The notes: generated by a model not told the origin, from the letters alone. A stretch of DNA of 64,000 bases from Mucilaginibacter sp. (GCA_035547875.1 DASZTX010000031.1:55853-119852); one strand, 5' to 3'. Numbered from the stretch's first letter, positions 18,779-28,908 are shown. Translations and numbers: made by a program.

Positions 18779-19213
18779 ATGGCCGTATTTACCGAAGACG
18801 AACAGCAGCGCATACGCGGTGCGATTGAAAACGCCGAAAAAAACACTTCCGGGCAGATCAGGGTATGCATTGAAAAAAAATGCAACGAAGACGTGCTTGA
18901 TCGGGCTTCAAAATATTTTCATCAGCTTGATATGCACAAGACCAGGCTTCGTAACGGCGTGCTGATCTATGTCGCTACAGTCGATCGTAAATTTGCCATC
19001 ATCGGCGATGCCGGTATCAACAAAGCCGTTCCGGATAATTTCTGGGATAAGGCCAAAGAGCAAATGCTCAATCAATTTAAATATGGCAACCTGGTGGAGG
19101 GTATCGTAACCGGTGTGACCATTGCCGGCGAAAGCCTGAAAAAATTCTTCCCTCACCAGACAGACGGAAGCAACGAACTATCCGATGATGTAGCCTTTAT
19201 GGACGGCGAATAA
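18779..19213 (+). CDS. TPM domain-containing protein (TLP18.3/Psb32/MOLO-1 phosphatase-like)
   Basis: 144 aa. Blocks IENAEKNTSGQIRVCIE and VLIYVATVDRKFAIIGD are typical of the cytoplasmic TPM partner found downstream of lemA. Confidence 0.7.
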   Translation: MAVFTEDEQQRIRGAIENAEKNTSGQIRVCIEKKCNEDVLDRASKYFHQLDMHKTRLRNGVLIYVATVDRKFAIIGDAGINKAVPDNFWDKAKEQMLNQFKYGNLVEGIVTGVTIAGESLKKFFPHQTDGSNELSDDVAFMDGE

Positions 19214-19223
19214 AATTGACCTC

Positions 19224-20009
19224 ATGTTAAAAAAACTTTTATTATCCATTACCTTGCTGCTGACAGGCGTCTTAACATTTGCGCAGCAATTGCCTGAAAA
19301 ATCAAGCTCGCTGGTAACCGACTATGCGAACATGCTGCCTGCAATGCAACGCGATCAGTTAGAGCAAAAGCTGGTGGCTTTTGATGATTCCACCACAACC
19401 CAAATAGCCGTTGTGATCATTAAATCCGTGGGCGATTACGATATTAATGACTATGCTCTGAAACTGGGCCGTGCCTGGGGCATAGGCCACAAGGATAAAA
19501 ACAACGGTATCCTGATTCTGGTGGCTTTTAACGACCGCAAGGTTTCCATACAAACGGGTTATGGCGCAGAAGGAGCCGTTCCGGACATTATAACACATCA
19601 GATCATCGAGAACGACATCAAACCTAACTTTAAGCAGGGCGATTACTATGCCGGGCTTGATGCCGCTACCAATGACCTGATGAAATATATGAAGGGCGAA
19701 TACAAAGCCCCCAAAAAGAGTTCGAAGAAAGATAGAGCAGGAGCGATCGGCTTTGTGGTCATCATCGTCATCGTTGTGCTGATCATCGTATTCCGTAATC
19801 GCGGCGGCGGTGGCGGCCATATTATTGACAGGCGTGGCGGCGCCAGTCCGTTCTGGTGGTTTTTAGGCGGCACAATGCTTGGTCGCAGCAGCGGTGGCTG
19901 GGGCGGATTCAGCAATGGCGGCGGCGGCTTCGGCGGGGGATCAGGCGGTGGTTTCGGCGGCTTTGGCGGCGGAAGTTTCGGCGGCGGCGGATCAAGCGGA
20001 AGCTGGTAG
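19224..20009 (+). CDS. TPM domain-containing protein, YgcG-like, with TM helix and Gly-rich tail
   Basis: 261 aa. It has a signal peptide, a TPM domain (TTTQIAVVIIKSVGDYDINDYA; GILILVAFNDRKVSIQTGYG), a TM helix (IGFVVIIVIVVLIIVF) and a C-terminal GGFGGG-rich tail. Confidence 0.78.
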   Translation: MLKKLLLSITLLLTGVLTFAQQLPEKSSSLVTDYANMLPAMQRDQLEQKLVAFDDSTTTQIAVVIIKSVGDYDINDYALKLGRAWGIGHKDKNNGILILVAFNDRKVSIQTGYGAEGAVPDIITHQIIENDIKPNFKQGDYYAGLDAATNDLMKYMKGEYKAPKKSSKKDRAGAIGFVVIIVIVVLIIVFRNRGGGGGHIIDRRGGASPFWWFLGGTMLGRSSGGWGGFSNGGGGFGGGSGGGFGGFGGGSFGGGGSSGSW

Positions 20010-20107
20010 CAAAATTTTTAACGGCTTAACCTTAAAATCTGATATAAAAATTATTTTTACGGCTTCGGTGGCCGCTCAGCTATATGGGCGACTCCGGAAT
20101 TGGAACT

Positions 20108-20662
20108 ATGGATGACGAACTGATCTGGAAGAAGCTTTCTTCGCATTATATACATAAAGGCCCCTGGGCCACTCTGAGAAGTGATCGATGTGAAATGCCG
20201 GATGGCCGTATCGTCGAGGATTATTACGTATTAGAGTATGGCAGCTGGGTGAACGCCGTTGCGCTTACCGAGGGCAATAAGATACTGATGGTTAAGCAAT
20301 ACCGTCATGCGGCAGGTATCGTTTCAACCGAAATTCCGGGCGGCGTAGTTGAGCCCGGCGAATCGAATGTAGAAGCGCTGCAACGCGAACTGTTAGAAGA
20401 AACGGGATATCTTTTTGAAGATTTTGAGTTGCTCTGCACGATTTATGCAAATCCCTCAACGGCCAATAACCAAACTGCCTGTTATCTTGCACGCGGTGGC
20501 AAAAAGGTGCAGGAGCAGGCCTTTGATGAACACGAGCAGCTTATTGTAGAGCCAATGACGATTGCCGAAGTAAAGCAACTGCTCGCTGAAAATAAAATAG
20601 CCCAGGCTTTACATTGCACCGGGCTATTCTACGCTTTTGAAAAACTGAAGGACCTGGCCTGA
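20108..20662 (+). CDS. NUDIX hydrolase
   Basis: It has the Nudix box GGVVEPGESNVEALQRELLEETG. The start is taken at MDDELIW (20108); the ATG at 20084 is also possible. Confidence 0.8.
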   Translation: MDDELIWKKLSSHYIHKGPWATLRSDRCEMPDGRIVEDYYVLEYGSWVNAVALTEGNKILMVKQYRHAAGIVSTEIPGGVVEPGESNVEALQRELLEETGYLFEDFELLCTIYANPSTANNQTACYLARGGKKVQEQAFDEHEQLIVEPMTIAEVKQLLAENKIAQALHCTGLFYAFEKLKDLA

Positions 20663-20704
20663 ACAGGATAAAAATCGTATTATTATCTCTCAGGTCTTAT
20701 AATC

Positions 20705-22117
20705 TTAAGGATTCTGCACTATTTTAACGGTCAGCTTACGTATGCAGTTGTTATCCTGATCGGCTACGTAGATATTGTTGTTCGCATCGACTGCGATACC
20801 CTGTGGGCTGCTGAACAAAGCGCTGGCACCGTCGCCGTTTACAAATCCGGAAACATTTAACGAGCCTGCTAAGATATAAAGTACGTGGTCGGTAGTCGAT
20901 TCCATGATACGGCCGCCTTCGTCAGCAATAAATATATTCCCCTGATTGTCAAGTGCAATTGCGGCCGGGAAGTTTAATAATCCGGTTTGCGAAGGGCCGC
21001 CTGCAACCGTTGTTACCACGCCTTCCGCAGTGATCTTGCGTACAGCCGAGTTGCCCTGATCGGCCACAAAAACGTTGCCTGCGCCGTCAACAGTTATACC
21101 ATTCGGTTTTTTAAAGCCTGCATCGGTTCCGGTTGCGTTTACAAAACCTCCGGATTTAAATCCGGCAAGGGTAGTTACCACGCCAGCCGCTGTGATCTTG
21201 CGTATGGCGTTGTTACCCCGGTCGGCTACATACAGGTTACCTGAGCCGTCAACCGCAATTCCCGAAGGACTGTTGAATTCGGCTGAGGTCGCTGTGGTGC
21301 TGTTTACAAATCCCGGTGTTCCGTTACCGGCAAATGTGCTTACCACGCCCGATGGCGTAATTTTGCGGATAACGTTGTTGCCAAAGTCCGCAACAAAAAC
21401 ATTTCCGGAAGCGTCAACGGCTATGCCGTTAGGCCCATAAAACTGCGCTGTGGCTGCATCACCATCGGTGTAACCCAGTGTTCCGATTCCGGCAAGACTG
21501 GCGGTTTCCCCGGCTGTGGTTATCGAACGTATGCGGCTGTTAAAAGAATCGGAAACATATAATTTACCGGAAGCATCTACTGCTATGCCTTCCGGATTAT
21601 TAAACATGGCCATATTGCCCGCCCCCTCCAAATACCCAGCCGTACCACTGCCCGCAAAGGTAGTTACTGTGGTAACGACGCCGCTCAGCGTGGCGCTGGT
21701 GGTAAAAGTAATCACATCGCCGTAAGCAGTACCGCTGCTGTTAGTGGCAAAAGCACGCACATAGTAGGTCGTATTTGCAGTCAGGTCAGACAGGTCACTT
21801 GTAAAATCAACCGGAAACGCCGAAACGCCGGTGATCACGCCGTCGGCCTTGGAGTCAGATATGGTTGGTGTTTTATTTGTCGAGCTGTAGCAAACACCTG
21901 CTTCGGTTACCGAACTGGTTCCTTCATCGCTTACCGACCCTCCGCTTTGCGCGGTAGTTGAGGTAAGGTTGATGATCAGGCCCGAGGTAGTTACTTTGGG
22001 CACCGACGAGGCGGTAGATGTTGTCGTATCATTATTCTTCTTGCAGCTTCCGGCCAATATTATCAGCGAGATCAACAATACCGGCAGCGTTAGTTTGCCT
22101 GATGAGCTTTTTTTCAT
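20705..22117 (-). CDS. NHL-repeat six-bladed beta-propeller lipoprotein with N-terminal Ig/Fn3-like domain
   Basis: It has a lipoprotein signal (LISLIILAGSCKK), an Ig-like block (YYVRAFATNSSGTAYGDVITFTT) and six copies of an approximately 55-aa unit FxxPxGIAVDxxGNxYVADxxNNxIRKIT. The start is taken at MKKSSSGK (22117). Confidence 0.75.
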   Translation of the reverse strand: MKKSSSGKLTLPVLLISLIILAGSCKKNNDTTTSTASSVPKVTTSGLIINLTSTTAQSGGSVSDEGTSSVTEAGVCYSSTNKTPTISDSKADGVITGVSAFPVDFTSDLSDLTANTTYYVRAFATNSSGTAYGDVITFTTSATLSGVVTTVTTFAGSGTAGYLEGAGNMAMFNNPEGIAVDASGKLYVSDSFNSRIRSITTAGETASLAGIGTLGYTDGDAATAQFYGPNGIAVDASGNVFVADFGNNVIRKITPSGVVSTFAGNGTPGFVNSTTATSAEFNSPSGIAVDGSGNLYVADRGNNAIRKITAAGVVTTLAGFKSGGFVNATGTDAGFKKPNGITVDGAGNVFVADQGNSAVRKITAEGVVTTVAGGPSQTGLLNFPAAIALDNQGNIFIADEGGRIMESTTDHVLYILAGSLNVSGFVNGDGASALFSSPQGIAVDANNNIYVADQDNNCIRKLTVKIVQNP

Positions 22118-22301
22118 GCGGGAGGGGTGTAAAATTTTAATCATGCAGTTTTATTCCAACAATAGCAATAAATAAACTGCAATATTATGACTACTATTAT
22201 AAATGTTAAAAAATTTAACAAATATTAACAGCATCGCCATAAGGTTGTAAAACCTCAAAAATCCGATTTTATACCGAAATATAAAATCATATTTTTGCAT
22301 T

Positions 22302-22874
22302 ATGAAATTCCCTATCATCGCCTATGGCGATCCCGTTCTGAGGAGAAAGGCAACAGCCATTGAACCGGATGAATATCCGCATATTAAAGAGCTTGTTGCA
22401 AATATGTTCGAGACCATGTATGGTGCTCATGGCGTAGGGCTGGCCGCTCCGCAGGTTGGAATGTCCATGCGGCTGTTTGTTGTTGATGTTTCCACGTTTG
22501 CTGACGAGGAACCTGCATTGGCGGGCTTTAAAAAGGCGTTTATTAACGCCACCATTTTGGAGGAAACCGGCGAGGAATGGGGTTTTAACGAAGGCTGCCT
22601 GAGCATTCCGGATGTTAGGGAGGATGTTTACCGCAAGCCTGTTATAACCATATCCTACTACGATGAAGACTGGAAACATCACGAAGAAACCTTCAAGGGA
22701 ATGGCCGCACGTGTCATCCAGCATGAATATGATCATATTGAAGGTAAATTGTTTACCGATAAACTTAGCCCGCTGCGCCGCAGGCTGATCGAGAAAAAGC
22801 TGACAGATATATCAAAAGGTATTGTTGATGTGGACTACAAAATGAAATTTCCCGCAGCAAAAAAAGGCCGGTAA
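22302..22874 (+). CDS. def: Peptide deformylase
   Basis: 190 aa. It has the GVGLAAPQ, EGCLSIP and HEYDH motifs. Confidence 0.93.
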   Translation: MKFPIIAYGDPVLRRKATAIEPDEYPHIKELVANMFETMYGAHGVGLAAPQVGMSMRLFVVDVSTFADEEPALAGFKKAFINATILEETGEEWGFNEGCLSIPDVREDVYRKPVITISYYDEDWKHHEETFKGMAARVIQHEYDHIEGKLFTDKLSPLRRRLIEKKLTDISKGIVDVDYKMKFPAAKKGR

Positions 22875-22898
22875 GGGCTGATATTCTTCCGGATCTTA

Positions 22899-23528
22899 TT
22901 ATTTATCCGATTGCCGGCTCTTGTCGCCGTCGGCAATTTCCTTGATCAGGCTTCCCCAGTTAAACGGATTCAGCAGCGGGTTGGTGATAGAGTGTGAGTT
23001 GACCACGCGGTTGTGAAAGTCCTGAAAACCGTTCATCTCACTACCATCCCTCGGCAGTGTGCGTTCCAGGCTAAGTATGGATTTCCGGCTCAAATTTTTC
23101 TGGGCAATGGCAAGATCGTCATCCGCAATTTTCATCGTGATAAAATCCTTCCGGAACTCTTCTGTAGTGGCCCACGGGAAAACCCTGAAAGCAGGCAGGT
23201 TGATGATCTGAGGCTTAAGCAACACTTCGATAGTGTAGCTTTTATTGACGACATTGGACGGGATTACGACAGTCTCGGACGCATAGCCAACACATGAAAA
23301 GCGTATGGTATCTCGCTCATGAGCCGGGAAAGAGAAATATCCTTTGTAATTTGCAACAATAACCTGATCTTTATTCGAAGTGTTGACGATACTCACGTAA
23401 GGCACGATCACGTCGGTACTATCGGCGTTACGTGTGATACCGGTAAACTGCACGATAGCACCCCGCTGCTGCGCGAAAGCAGCTGCGGTAATAAACAAAC
23501 CGAAAAAAAAGCCAATTAATTTCTTCAT
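22899..23528 (-). CDS. Carboxypeptidase-regulatory-like domain protein (secreted)
   Basis: 209 aa. A signal peptide is followed by a GYFSFPAHERDTIRFSCVGYASETVVIP beta-sandwich pattern. Confidence 0.55.
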   Translation of the reverse strand: MKKLIGFFFGLFITAAAFAQQRGAIVQFTGITRNADSTDVIVPYVSIVNTSNKDQVIVANYKGYFSFPAHERDTIRFSCVGYASETVVIPSNVVNKSYTIEVLLKPQIINLPAFRVFPWATTEEFRKDFITMKIADDDLAIAQKNLSRKSILSLERTLPRDGSEMNGFQDFHNRVVNSHSITNPLLNPFNWGSLIKEIADGDKSRQSDK

Positions 23529-23635
23529 TTAAAATATGCCCGCATATTGCTGGCGTTTGTTTTTAAATGTGTTTAAACGTTTAACAAAAATAATTTATTG
23601 CTGGTATTTGCAAGGCTATTTAACAAAACTTAACA

Positions 23636-23914
23636 TCAGCGCAGATTCTCAGGCAATACAGCGTTCGGGTCGTCGATATCGGTCAGGTTAATCGCCTCAA
23701 TGCCATTAACTTCTGGAACAGCCTTCTTGATAGCCTCCTCAATGCCTGCTTTAAGCGTCATGATGCTCATCGGGCATGAGCCGCAGGCGCCGAGCAGTTT
23801 CAGCCTGACCACATTATCCGGAGTGATCTCCTCGATTGATACATTCCCCCCATCTGCTGCAAGATACGGTCTGATCGTATCCAACGCTGCTTCCACCTGA
23901 CTTAATAAACTCAT
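23636..23914 (-). CDS. NifU family Fe-S cluster protein (Nfu C-terminal domain type)
   Basis: 92 aa. It has DGGNVSIEEI and the CGSCPMS motif. Confidence 0.85.
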   Translation of the reverse strand: MSLLSQVEAALDTIRPYLAADGGNVSIEEITPDNVVRLKLLGACGSCPMSIMTLKAGIEEAIKKAVPEVNGIEAINLTDIDDPNAVLPENLR

Positions 23915-23993
23915 CTGTATTGCTTTATAAGAGTAAAGTTATTAAATATTTTTCATTTGTATAATCAATTGCCGGAAATCAGAAGCCAGGAGT

Positions 23994-25097
23994 TTAACCT
24001 GCAGCGTTTACACCTGCCCGTTCGATAGCCCATGCATTGCTGATAGCCACCTGCTGCGCTACGCTTTCAGCCATCCGGATAAACGCCTTACCCATCGTGC
24101 TGCCTTGATCAAGTGTTACCGGTGTTCCGGCATCGCCGCTTTCACTAATGCCTTTTACCAGCGGGATTTCTCCTAAGAATGGTACCTCCAACTGTTCCGC
24201 AAGTTTTCTGCCGCCGCCTTGTCCGAATATGTAATACTTATTTTCGGGCAATTCGGCAGGCGTAAAATAAGCCATGTTTTCCACAACACCCAACAGTGGT
24301 ACATTGATGGCAGGCATCATGAACATGCCTATTCCTTTTTTGGCATCCGCCAGCGCTACATTCTGCGGGGTGGTGACGATAACCGCGCCCGTAACCGGGA
24401 AGGTTTGAGTTACTGTAATATGTATATCTCCGGTACCCGGAGGAAGGTCGATCACGAGATAATCCAGTTCGCCCCAATCCGCATCATTGAACAATTGTTT
24501 AACCGCGGTAGATACCATTGGCCCGCGCCAGGGCACAGGCTGATTGGGATCGGTAAAGAACCCTATTGATAATAGCTTGATGCCATATTTTTCTATCGGT
24601 TCGATGCGTGTTTTTCCATCCACCTGGCTCGCCTTCGGGCGTGCATTCTCCAGACCAAACATGATCGGTATGGAAGGGCCGTAGATATCGGCATCGATCA
24701 GGCCGACCTTAGCCCCTGAAGCCGAAAGGCCAAGTGCAAGGTTTACCGCTACCGTCGATTTCCCGACACCACCCTTGCCCGAAGCAACCGCAATAATATT
24801 TTTTACTCCCGGAACACCCGTGTTTTTTTGCGTAGTAACCCTGGAGGTCATGTTGATATGAATATCAGCCTCCTTGCTCACAAAGTGCAGTATTGCATTG
24901 CGGCAGGCATTTTCAATCATCGCCTTTAGCGGGCAGGCAGGCGTGGTCAATATTACTGAAAAACTGACACGATTGCCTTCTATTTGAATATCCTGTATCA
25001 TGTTAAGAGTGACCAGATCCTTTTTCAGATCGGGTTCCTCCACATTACTGAGCGCCTGTAAAACTTGTTCGCGGGTTATAGCCATATCAACTGACAA
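23994..25097 (-). CDS. apbC: Mrp/NBP35 family Fe-S cluster carrier ATPase
   Basis: 367 aa. An N-terminal DUF59-like domain is followed by ASGKGGVGKST and a DLPPGTGD motif. Confidence 0.9.
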   Translation of the reverse strand: MSVDMAITREQVLQALSNVEEPDLKKDLVTLNMIQDIQIEGNRVSFSVILTTPACPLKAMIENACRNAILHFVSKEADIHINMTSRVTTQKNTGVPGVKNIIAVASGKGGVGKSTVAVNLALGLSASGAKVGLIDADIYGPSIPIMFGLENARPKASQVDGKTRIEPIEKYGIKLLSIGFFTDPNQPVPWRGPMVSTAVKQLFNDADWGELDYLVIDLPPGTGDIHITVTQTFPVTGAVIVTTPQNVALADAKKGIGMFMMPAINVPLLGVVENMAYFTPAELPENKYYIFGQGGGRKLAEQLEVPFLGEIPLVKGISESGDAGTPVTLDQGSTMGKAFIRMAESVAQQVAISNAWAIERAGVNAAG

Positions 25098-25290
25098 AGC
25101 TACTAAAACGGTGATGGAATAGTGTCATATGAATGATAGTTTTGCGAAACCACGAGTATGGGGATTAATTAATTCTCTGCAACGCCAACGCGTTTGTCGG
25201 TATGACGAAAAAGATCGTCCTTTAACGGTCGGAGGCTGTGAATCTTGGTTAAAATGCGCACCTTTGCACTTTCGTATATCGCAGGTATAA

Positions 25291-26259
25291 ATGATATTAA
25301 TTACCGGGGCAACAGGTTTTTTAGGTTCGGAAGTGGCGCTGCAACTGGCGGAACAGGGGCACTATATCCGTTGCACTAAACGGTACTCGTCGGTCATCCC
25401 GGAAATCCTGAAACCGTTAAATGGCAAAATTGAATGGGTAGATGCTGACCTGCTGGATTTTTTTGCGTTAGAAGACGCCCTGAACGGTGTAACGCAGGTT
25501 TATCATTGCGCGGCATGGGTGTCGTTAAAGCAGGCCGATAAAAAGGCCATGATCTATACCAATGTAACCGGAACGGCCAACCTCGTTAATTTATGCGCAG
25601 AGCAAAATATCCGGATGGTCCATGTCAGCTCGGTGGCGGCAATTGGCCTGGCAAAACCCGGCGAACTCATCACTGAAAATCATCACCTTGATCGTGACAC
25701 CGAAACGGACGGCTATGCAATATCAAAGCTGGAAAGTGAAATGGAGGTTTGGCGGGGGATAGCAGAGGGATTGGATGCAGTTATAGTAAATCCGTCGATT
25801 ATTATTGGCAAAAATGCCGGTACGGAGGGAAGCGGGGCTTTGTTTGAAACCGTGCGGAAGGGACTGAAGTTTTACACAGCCGGAAGCTGTGGCTTTGTGG
25901 ATTCAGGTGATGTTGCACAGTGTATGATCATGCTGATGGAGAGCGGGATAACCGGAGAAAGATACATCATCAGCGCAGAGAACCGTGAATACAAACAACT
26001 TACTGCCGAGATTGCCGCAGGTTTCGGAATAAAACCTCCTAACAAAGCTGCGACTCCCTGGATGATGGAACTGGCATGGCGGGGCGCAAAAATTGCCTCG
26101 GTCTTTACCGGAAGACCGCCCGCCATTGATAAGGTTTCAGCGCAGTCCTCTACCAAGACGCGTGATTACGATAACTCAAAAATCAGCAAAGCCATCGGCA
26201 TACGTTTCAGGCCGGTCAGCGATACCATTAAAGAGATCTGCGAAAGGCTCGCCGGATAA
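25291..26259 (+). CDS. NAD-dependent epimerase/dehydratase (extended SDR)
   Basis: 322 aa. It has the ITGATGFLGSE Rossmann motif and YAISKLESE (YxxxK). Confidence 0.8.
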   Translation: MILITGATGFLGSEVALQLAEQGHYIRCTKRYSSVIPEILKPLNGKIEWVDADLLDFFALEDALNGVTQVYHCAAWVSLKQADKKAMIYTNVTGTANLVNLCAEQNIRMVHVSSVAAIGLAKPGELITENHHLDRDTETDGYAISKLESEMEVWRGIAEGLDAVIVNPSIIIGKNAGTEGSGALFETVRKGLKFYTAGSCGFVDSGDVAQCMIMLMESGITGERYIISAENREYKQLTAEIAAGFGIKPPNKAATPWMMELAWRGAKIASVFTGRPPAIDKVSAQSSTKTRDYDNSKISKAIGIRFRPVSDTIKEICERLAG

Positions 26260-26264
26260 CCGGA

Positions 26265-26630
26265 TCAATATTCACCAATCGATAGCAATACCAGCGTACA
26301 GGCGTATTCCGTACTGATGCCTTTTTCCGTCGCCATGCGCCTTAGCTCCGAATTCTCCGTTCCCGGGTTAAAGATGATCCGTCGCGGATTGGTTTCCAGT
26401 ATGTAATTATAAAGACCTTGCTGATTGTTCGGCCCCACATAAAGCGTTATCGTATCGATGTCATGGTGGATCGTCTCCGGCCTTTCGATCGGTACGCCTG
26501 CTGCTACGCCTTCTTTCAGTCCTACATTTACGATACTGTGTCCATTTTGCACCAGCCTGTTGGCCGCAAGATTGGCATATCTGCCCTCATTGGGTGTCGC
26601 ACCTAAAATCAATGTTTTTTTTTCAGCCAT
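26265..26630 (-). CDS. CoA-binding protein
   Basis: 121 aa. LILGATPNEGRYANLA and RIIFNPGTEN are typical of the CoA_binding_2 family. Confidence 0.78.
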   Translation of the reverse strand: MAEKKTLILGATPNEGRYANLAANRLVQNGHSIVNVGLKEGVAAGVPIERPETIHHDIDTITLYVGPNNQQGLYNYILETNPRRIIFNPGTENSELRRMATEKGISTEYACTLVLLSIGEY

Positions 26631-26635
26631 GTCAA

Positions 26636-27148
26636 TCAGTTGTTAATCCCGGATCCTGTTCCTTTCAAACTATTTACCCTTGTCAGGATCGCTATCTGCC
26701 CGGAATGGTATATATGATGCTGTATCAATCCACGTACCAGTTCCTCAAATCCCATTTCGGTGCCTAACGCCCTGTCCCGTTCATCCGGCACAGGCTCATC
26801 CCATTTGTCCTCGGGGAAATTCCGGATGATGTGAAGCAAATTAACGTTAACCAATTTGAAATCATTGACATATTGCTGCCATTTTTGCTCGTCAGGATCA
26901 CCGGGTTCAGGCCAGTCGCCGCTGGATGGTAATTGTGCCGTTTGTCCGTTCAGCCTGTCGATGACTTCTTCCGTCCATGAAAGCATGTGCAGTACAATTC
27001 CGGCGATATTGTGTACAGCGCCACCCGTTTTTTCATAAGCGGTTTCAAAGCTTGCTTTTTCCAGGATGTCGTAAACCGGGGAACCGTACCACGGATCGCC
27101 GGATAATACATTTTCCAGATCGGTGCAGAGTTTTTCGGAGATTGTCAT
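26636..27148 (-). CDS. DinB family protein
   Basis: It has a four-helix DinB pattern with conserved His residues (HMLSWTE ... IQHHIYHSGQI). The start at MTISEKL (27148) gives an ATGA overlap with the upstream gene's stop. Confidence 0.72.
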   Translation of the reverse strand: MTISEKLCTDLENVLSGDPWYGSPVYDILEKASFETAYEKTGGAVHNIAGIVLHMLSWTEEVIDRLNGQTAQLPSSGDWPEPGDPDEQKWQQYVNDFKLVNVNLLHIIRNFPEDKWDEPVPDERDRALGTEMGFEELVRGLIQHHIYHSGQIAILTRVNSLKGTGSGINN

Positions 27149-28695
27149 AGTAAAAGTCTTGAGGCAGCAACAGCGCAATTTATTCCGTCAATGGCAGCAG
27201 AAATTATGCCACCCGCATAACCTGCCCCCTCGCCGCATGGAAACAATCCGGTAAGCTGCGGATGCTGCAGGGTTTCTTTATCACGAGGTATTTTTACGGG
27301 CGACGAAGTGCGCGATTCAACGCCCACCAGGATTGCCTCATTGGTATAATATCCTTTCATTTTTTTACCAAACGCCGGAAGCGCCCTGCGCAACCGTTCG
27401 TTTATCCAGGCCGGTAATATTTCCTTCATCTCGACGGGGGTCGTTCCCGGAAGGTAAGAATTTACCGGAAGGCTGGCTGAAAGCCTGTTTTCTACAAAGT
27501 CAACCATGCGCTGGGCAGGTGCAACCAGCCGCCCGCCACCGGCGGCGAAGGCCTGTTGTTCAACCTGCTGCTGAAAATGCAGCATCCTGAACGGATCGTC
27601 GGCTTTGCCGGCAATGTCCTCCAGATTTACCTGCACTACGGTTCCTGAATTGGCAAAAGGATTGTTCCTTTTTGAGGGGCTCCATCCGTTAACAACAATT
27701 TCGTTCTCTGCAGTAGCGCAGGGCGCAATAATGCCGCCGGGACACATGCAGAATGAAAACACGCCACGCCCGTCAACCTGCTCTACCAGGTTGTAGTAAG
27801 ATGGCGGCAGATCGGGGCCGCGGTTTTCACAATGGTATTGAGCCTGGTCGATGATGTGCTGGGGATGTTCTATACGGACGCCCAAAGCAAAGGGCTTGGC
27901 TTCGATCAGAATGTTCTGCCGGTGCAGCATCTCAAACACGTCGCGGGCCGAATGGCCGGTTGCGAGTATAACGGCGTCTGCGGCCAATTCGCCCCCGTCG
28001 GCCAGTGTGACGCCCTTAACTTTGCCAAACGCTGCGGATATGCCGGTTACCTTTGCGTCAAAGTGAACTTCTCCTCCTGCGTTTAAAATACTTTCCCTTA
28101 TCGAGGTGATGATCTGCGGCAATTTATTTGTGCCGATATGCGGTCGCGCATCGATCAGGATGTCTTCCGTCGCTCCGTGTGCGACAAAAGTTTTCAATAC
28201 CGCATTTACGTCGCCGCGTTTGGTGGAGCGCGTGTATAACTTACCATCGGAATAGGTGCCCGCACCCCCTTCACCAAAACAATAATTGGATTCCGGGTTA
28301 ACGATTCCCTGTTTATTGATGTTGGCGAGGTCTCTCCGCCGTTGTTTTACATCCTTTCCGCGTTCCAGCACAACGGGCTTAAGGCCCATTTCGATACATT
28401 GCAGCGCGGCAAATAGTCCGGCAGGCCCGGCACCAACAATAATGACGGGCCTGGCGTTTTTTACATCAGGATAGCTCGTTGTATATACAGCCGGTGAAGG
28501 TTCTTCGTCTATAAAAACCTGTACCTGCATGCGATATAATACTTTGCGTCCACGTGCGTCAATGGAACGTCTAAGGATTTTCAGCGCCGATATTTTTGAG
28601 GGAGGCAATTTTAGGAAGGCCGCTGCTATTTTAATCAGGGCGGCTTCATCGTCCTGTTGTCCGGGCGGACAAACAATTTCAATTTCCTTTATCAT
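27145..28695 (-). CDS. NAD(P)/FAD-dependent oxidoreductase (COG2509-like FAD-dependent protein)
   Basis: 516 aa. It has the IIVGAGPAGLFAAL dinucleotide motif and GEGGAGTYSDGKLYTR. Confidence 0.8.
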   Translation of the reverse strand: MIKEIEIVCPPGQQDDEAALIKIAAAFLKLPPSKISALKILRRSIDARGRKVLYRMQVQVFIDEEPSPAVYTTSYPDVKNARPVIIVGAGPAGLFAALQCIEMGLKPVVLERGKDVKQRRRDLANINKQGIVNPESNYCFGEGGAGTYSDGKLYTRSTKRGDVNAVLKTFVAHGATEDILIDARPHIGTNKLPQIITSIRESILNAGGEVHFDAKVTGISAAFGKVKGVTLADGGELAADAVILATGHSARDVFEMLHRQNILIEAKPFALGVRIEHPQHIIDQAQYHCENRGPDLPPSYYNLVEQVDGRGVFSFCMCPGGIIAPCATAENEIVVNGWSPSKRNNPFANSGTVVQVNLEDIAGKADDPFRMLHFQQQVEQQAFAAGGGRLVAPAQRMVDFVENRLSASLPVNSYLPGTTPVEMKEILPAWINERLRRALPAFGKKMKGYYTNEAILVGVESRTSSPVKIPRDKETLQHPQLTGLFPCGEGAGYAGGIISAAIDGINCAVAASRLLL

Positions 28696-28908
28696 GTTGT
28701 TGCCGGGTTTTTATCCCGGATGGCACAAAGGTAATGAAAAAGAGGCATTCGCAGGGCCTGGCGAATTTTACCTGACCTGTTCGCTCTTGTGTCACCGACC
28801 GTTCGGAAACGAACACTTTCGTAGATTGTTTGAAAATTATTTATCTGATTATCAGCGCCTTAAAATTAAGGTATTAATATTGGCATAGTGCTATCAAATT
28901 GCAACACA

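Noticed and set aside
19790-20009. GGC/GGT-rich repetitive DNA that could be mistaken for a microsatellite or repeat array
   Set aside because: It is in-frame coding sequence for the Gly-rich C-terminal tail (GGFGGG units) typical of YgcG-like TPM proteins. There is no spacer/repeat periodicity.
22290-22297. TATTTTTG match to the Bacteroidota -7 promoter motif just before def
   Set aside because: It ends 4 nt before the def ATG. A transcript initiated from it would start inside or after the start codon, so it is probably just AT-rich upstream sequence.
22287-22736. 149-aa minus-strand ORF
   Set aside because: It lies completely inside def (peptide deformylase, plus strand), which has all three catalytic motifs. 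This is a shadow ORF.
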